DNA of 64,000 nucleotides. Source: Bacteroidota bacterium. GTDB lineage: Bacteria > Bacteroidota > Bacteroidia > Sphingobacteriales > Sphingobacteriaceae. The position numbers were made by a program, and so were the translations under genes. Shown here piece by piece: positions 62,297 through 64,000 of the stretch; within the stretch, counting starts at the first letter, position 1, and every line of letters begins with the position of its first letter. A model generated the notes under the pieces. It was not told the origin of the DNA and ran no database searches. It saw nothing but the letters and a program-made list of their open reading frames with translations. The stretch covers positions 52,906-116,905 of the forward strand of contig JAEXHI010000024.1 of NCBI GenBank assembly GCA_023450085.1, in the 5' to 3' direction.

Positions 62297-63916
62297 TTAG
62301 CGACTAATCCGATACTCTATATCTGGTCGCTTAATGTATTTTTCTTTATATTTTTGATGTATACTGGCATCCTGTGCAATCCCATTCACCAACAATTCAT
62401 TCTCGGTAAGGGTATAGTTCATTTTTTTGCCTCTTACCAACAAACTGTCCTTTATCATTTGGTCCCTTATCTCTTGACTGGCATCAGTACCATCATGGAC
62501 AATATGCTCCACCACTTTACCGTCTACCTTAACGGTACTGGTAGTTGTGGTGATGGTGGTTGTAGTGGTAACACCCACAGGCACATTTATGATATTTGAA
62601 ATGGGCTGGTTAATAGAGATCACATTTTTTAACGGTGCAACGGGTTTCATTGGAGCAAAAGGCTCTTCTGGTTTGGCTTGTGGTAAATCCGAAATGGGTT
62701 CAACTTCCACAACGGCAGCTAAATCTGAAAAATCATCCTCTTGCGCTTCTCCCAAGTTTATTGCAGATGGTTTAGCTGGTTCGCAATTTTCATGAGGCGG
62801 TGGCTCACTGATTGGTTTTGCTGCTTTAAATTGATGGTTCAATCCATTAACGTAGGTCATTTCTTTTTCCAATGACGATTGTTTCATTGGCGATTGGCCC
62901 ATTTTAAAAGCTGCACCTACCATTAGAAAAAAGCATAAGGAAACGGCCAAGGTCGTCTTCTCGAAACCAGACAAGGTGCTTCTGTTATTAAAAGCAATTC
63001 TTCTGATGCGAGCAATCAACTGACCTTTTCCATTAGCCATTGACATGGCAAAACCTGTTGAGTTTAAGCTGAATTCTTGACAAGAAACCAATGCTTTTAG
63101 ATAGCCATTTTTATCATTTGTACAGGCAATAGCTAAATCATCACAGCAGTTTTCACGCTCTTCCCTAATGATTTTAGACAACCATAAAACCGCTGGATTA
63201 AAGAAGAATAACACTTCTACAATGTTTTGAAGGATGTTTACCAGATAATCTCTACGTTTAATATGTGCTAATTCATGGCTCAAAATGGCTTCTACTTCGT
63301 TTAAACTTAAGTGGTTTAACAAACCAATAGGCATTAAAACAACGGGTTTGAAATGCCCAATTACCATTGGAATTTTAGCCAAGCCCGACTGAAAGATAGT
63401 GATGCTTTGGTTAATATTCAGCTGACGAGCAAGCGTAGCAACTTTTTGCTCCCAATAATTGCCTGCTGCGAAGTTTTTGGTTCTTTTTAAATAGCTCACC
63501 CCATGCAATCCAACCAACAGTTGTATTGATTTAAAAAGAATGATGAGGAGCCAAACCAAAATCATTGGACCTGCATAATGCTTCAAGACTTCAAAAAACT
63601 GATTAAGGGCAGTGAAAATATCCAGCTGGAACTTAAATATTGCATTTTGCTGCGATTGGCTGAAACCGAAAAGGCTTGCAATGATATTCATCTTGTTTAA
63701 GCTTTGTACAAAAACCACCATCATGCTTAATGAAAATAGACTCAACAAGGCTACCAGCAAATTGTACCTCAAAACCGGTTGACGGTTTTTAGTGCCAACA
63801 ATAAATAATGCAGCAAGCAAAGCTGTTACTAAACCTATCCATAAAGAATGGAGTAATGTACCGAACAATGCTTCCATCAAATCAGGTGGCAGAAAGTTAA
63901 CCCATTTAAATTCCAT
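62297..63916 (-). CDS. M56 family (BlaR1/MecR1-like) membrane metallopeptidase
   Basis: TM helices, HELAHIKRRD, FFNP.V.W and ERE..CDD motifs; Pro/Thr-rich C-terminal region; no penicillin-binding domain evident. Confidence 0.92.
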   Translation of the reverse strand: MEFKWVNFLPPDLMEALFGTLLHSLWIGLVTALLAALFIVGTKNRQPVLRYNLLVALLSLFSLSMMVVFVQSLNKMNIIASLFGFSQSQQNAIFKFQLDIFTALNQFFEVLKHYAGPMILVWLLIILFKSIQLLVGLHGVSYLKRTKNFAAGNYWEQKVATLARQLNINQSITIFQSGLAKIPMVIGHFKPVVLMPIGLLNHLSLNEVEAILSHELAHIKRRDYLVNILQNIVEVLFFFNPAVLWLSKIIREERENCCDDLAIACTNDKNGYLKALVSCQEFSLNSTGFAMSMANGKGQLIARIRRIAFNNRSTLSGFEKTTLAVSLCFFLMVGAAFKMGQSPMKQSSLEKEMTYVNGLNHQFKAAKPISEPPPHENCEPAKPSAINLGEAQEDDFSDLAAVVEVEPISDLPQAKPEEPFAPMKPVAPLKNVISINQPISNIINVPVGVTTTTTITTTTSTVKVDGKVVEHIVHDGTDASQEIRDQMIKDSLLVRGKKMNYTLTENELLVNGIAQDASIHQKYKEKYIKRPDIEYRISR

Positions 63917-63946
63917 AGTTGTGGTTCTGTTTATTTGGTTTTTTAT

Positions 63947-64000
63947 CTACTTTTCAAGTTCATCTAGCAATCTCTTAATTTCCTCCAACTCTTCTTTCGA
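63947..64000 (-). CDS. C-terminus of probable BlaI/MecI/CopY repressor (truncated by window edge)
   Basis: Minus frame reads SKEELEEIKRLLDELEK*, directly upstream of the M56 gene. Confidence 0.7.
   Translation of the reverse strand, partial: SKEELEEIKRLLDELEK

Overview
Core-genome window from a Bacteroidota bacterium, most likely Sphingobacteriaceae/Pedobacter-like (inferred from protein sequences, gene order and TAnnTTTG -7 promoters). It holds the rpsU-xerC-hpf / tRNA(Thr,Tyr,Gly,Thr)-tuf-tRNA(Trp)-secE-nusG-rplKAJL-rpoBC-DUF3467 cluster, pheT-zapB-zapA-rny, rpsT-radC, purN-purH, mreB-(four-helix-bundle gene)-mreCD-mrdA-rodA and tdk. It also has lipid and metabolic genes, two TonB-type outer-membrane receptors, an S8 protease with a T9SS-like tail and a BlaI/M56 pair. 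No CRISPR array, prophage or transposase was seen. The unexplained structure is intergenic. (1) A set of 11-bp-periodic (G/A)TTAA boxes sits in identical register with the -7 element at three promoters; one appears to drive an unannotated ~78-nt small RNA (30086->30009). (2) An Avd/IVS-like four-helix-bundle gene is bracketed by inverted heptamer-type repeats, and many gene-less or stop-codon-anchored heptamer arrays occur elsewhere. (3) There are several families of nested palindromic repeats, including ~200-bp and 231-bp tandem mosaics and a 16-17-bp mini-palindrome found inside other repeats. (4) rpsU and hpf carry strong Shine-Dalgarno sites, which are rare in this phylum. All calls are by eye; no database search was run.
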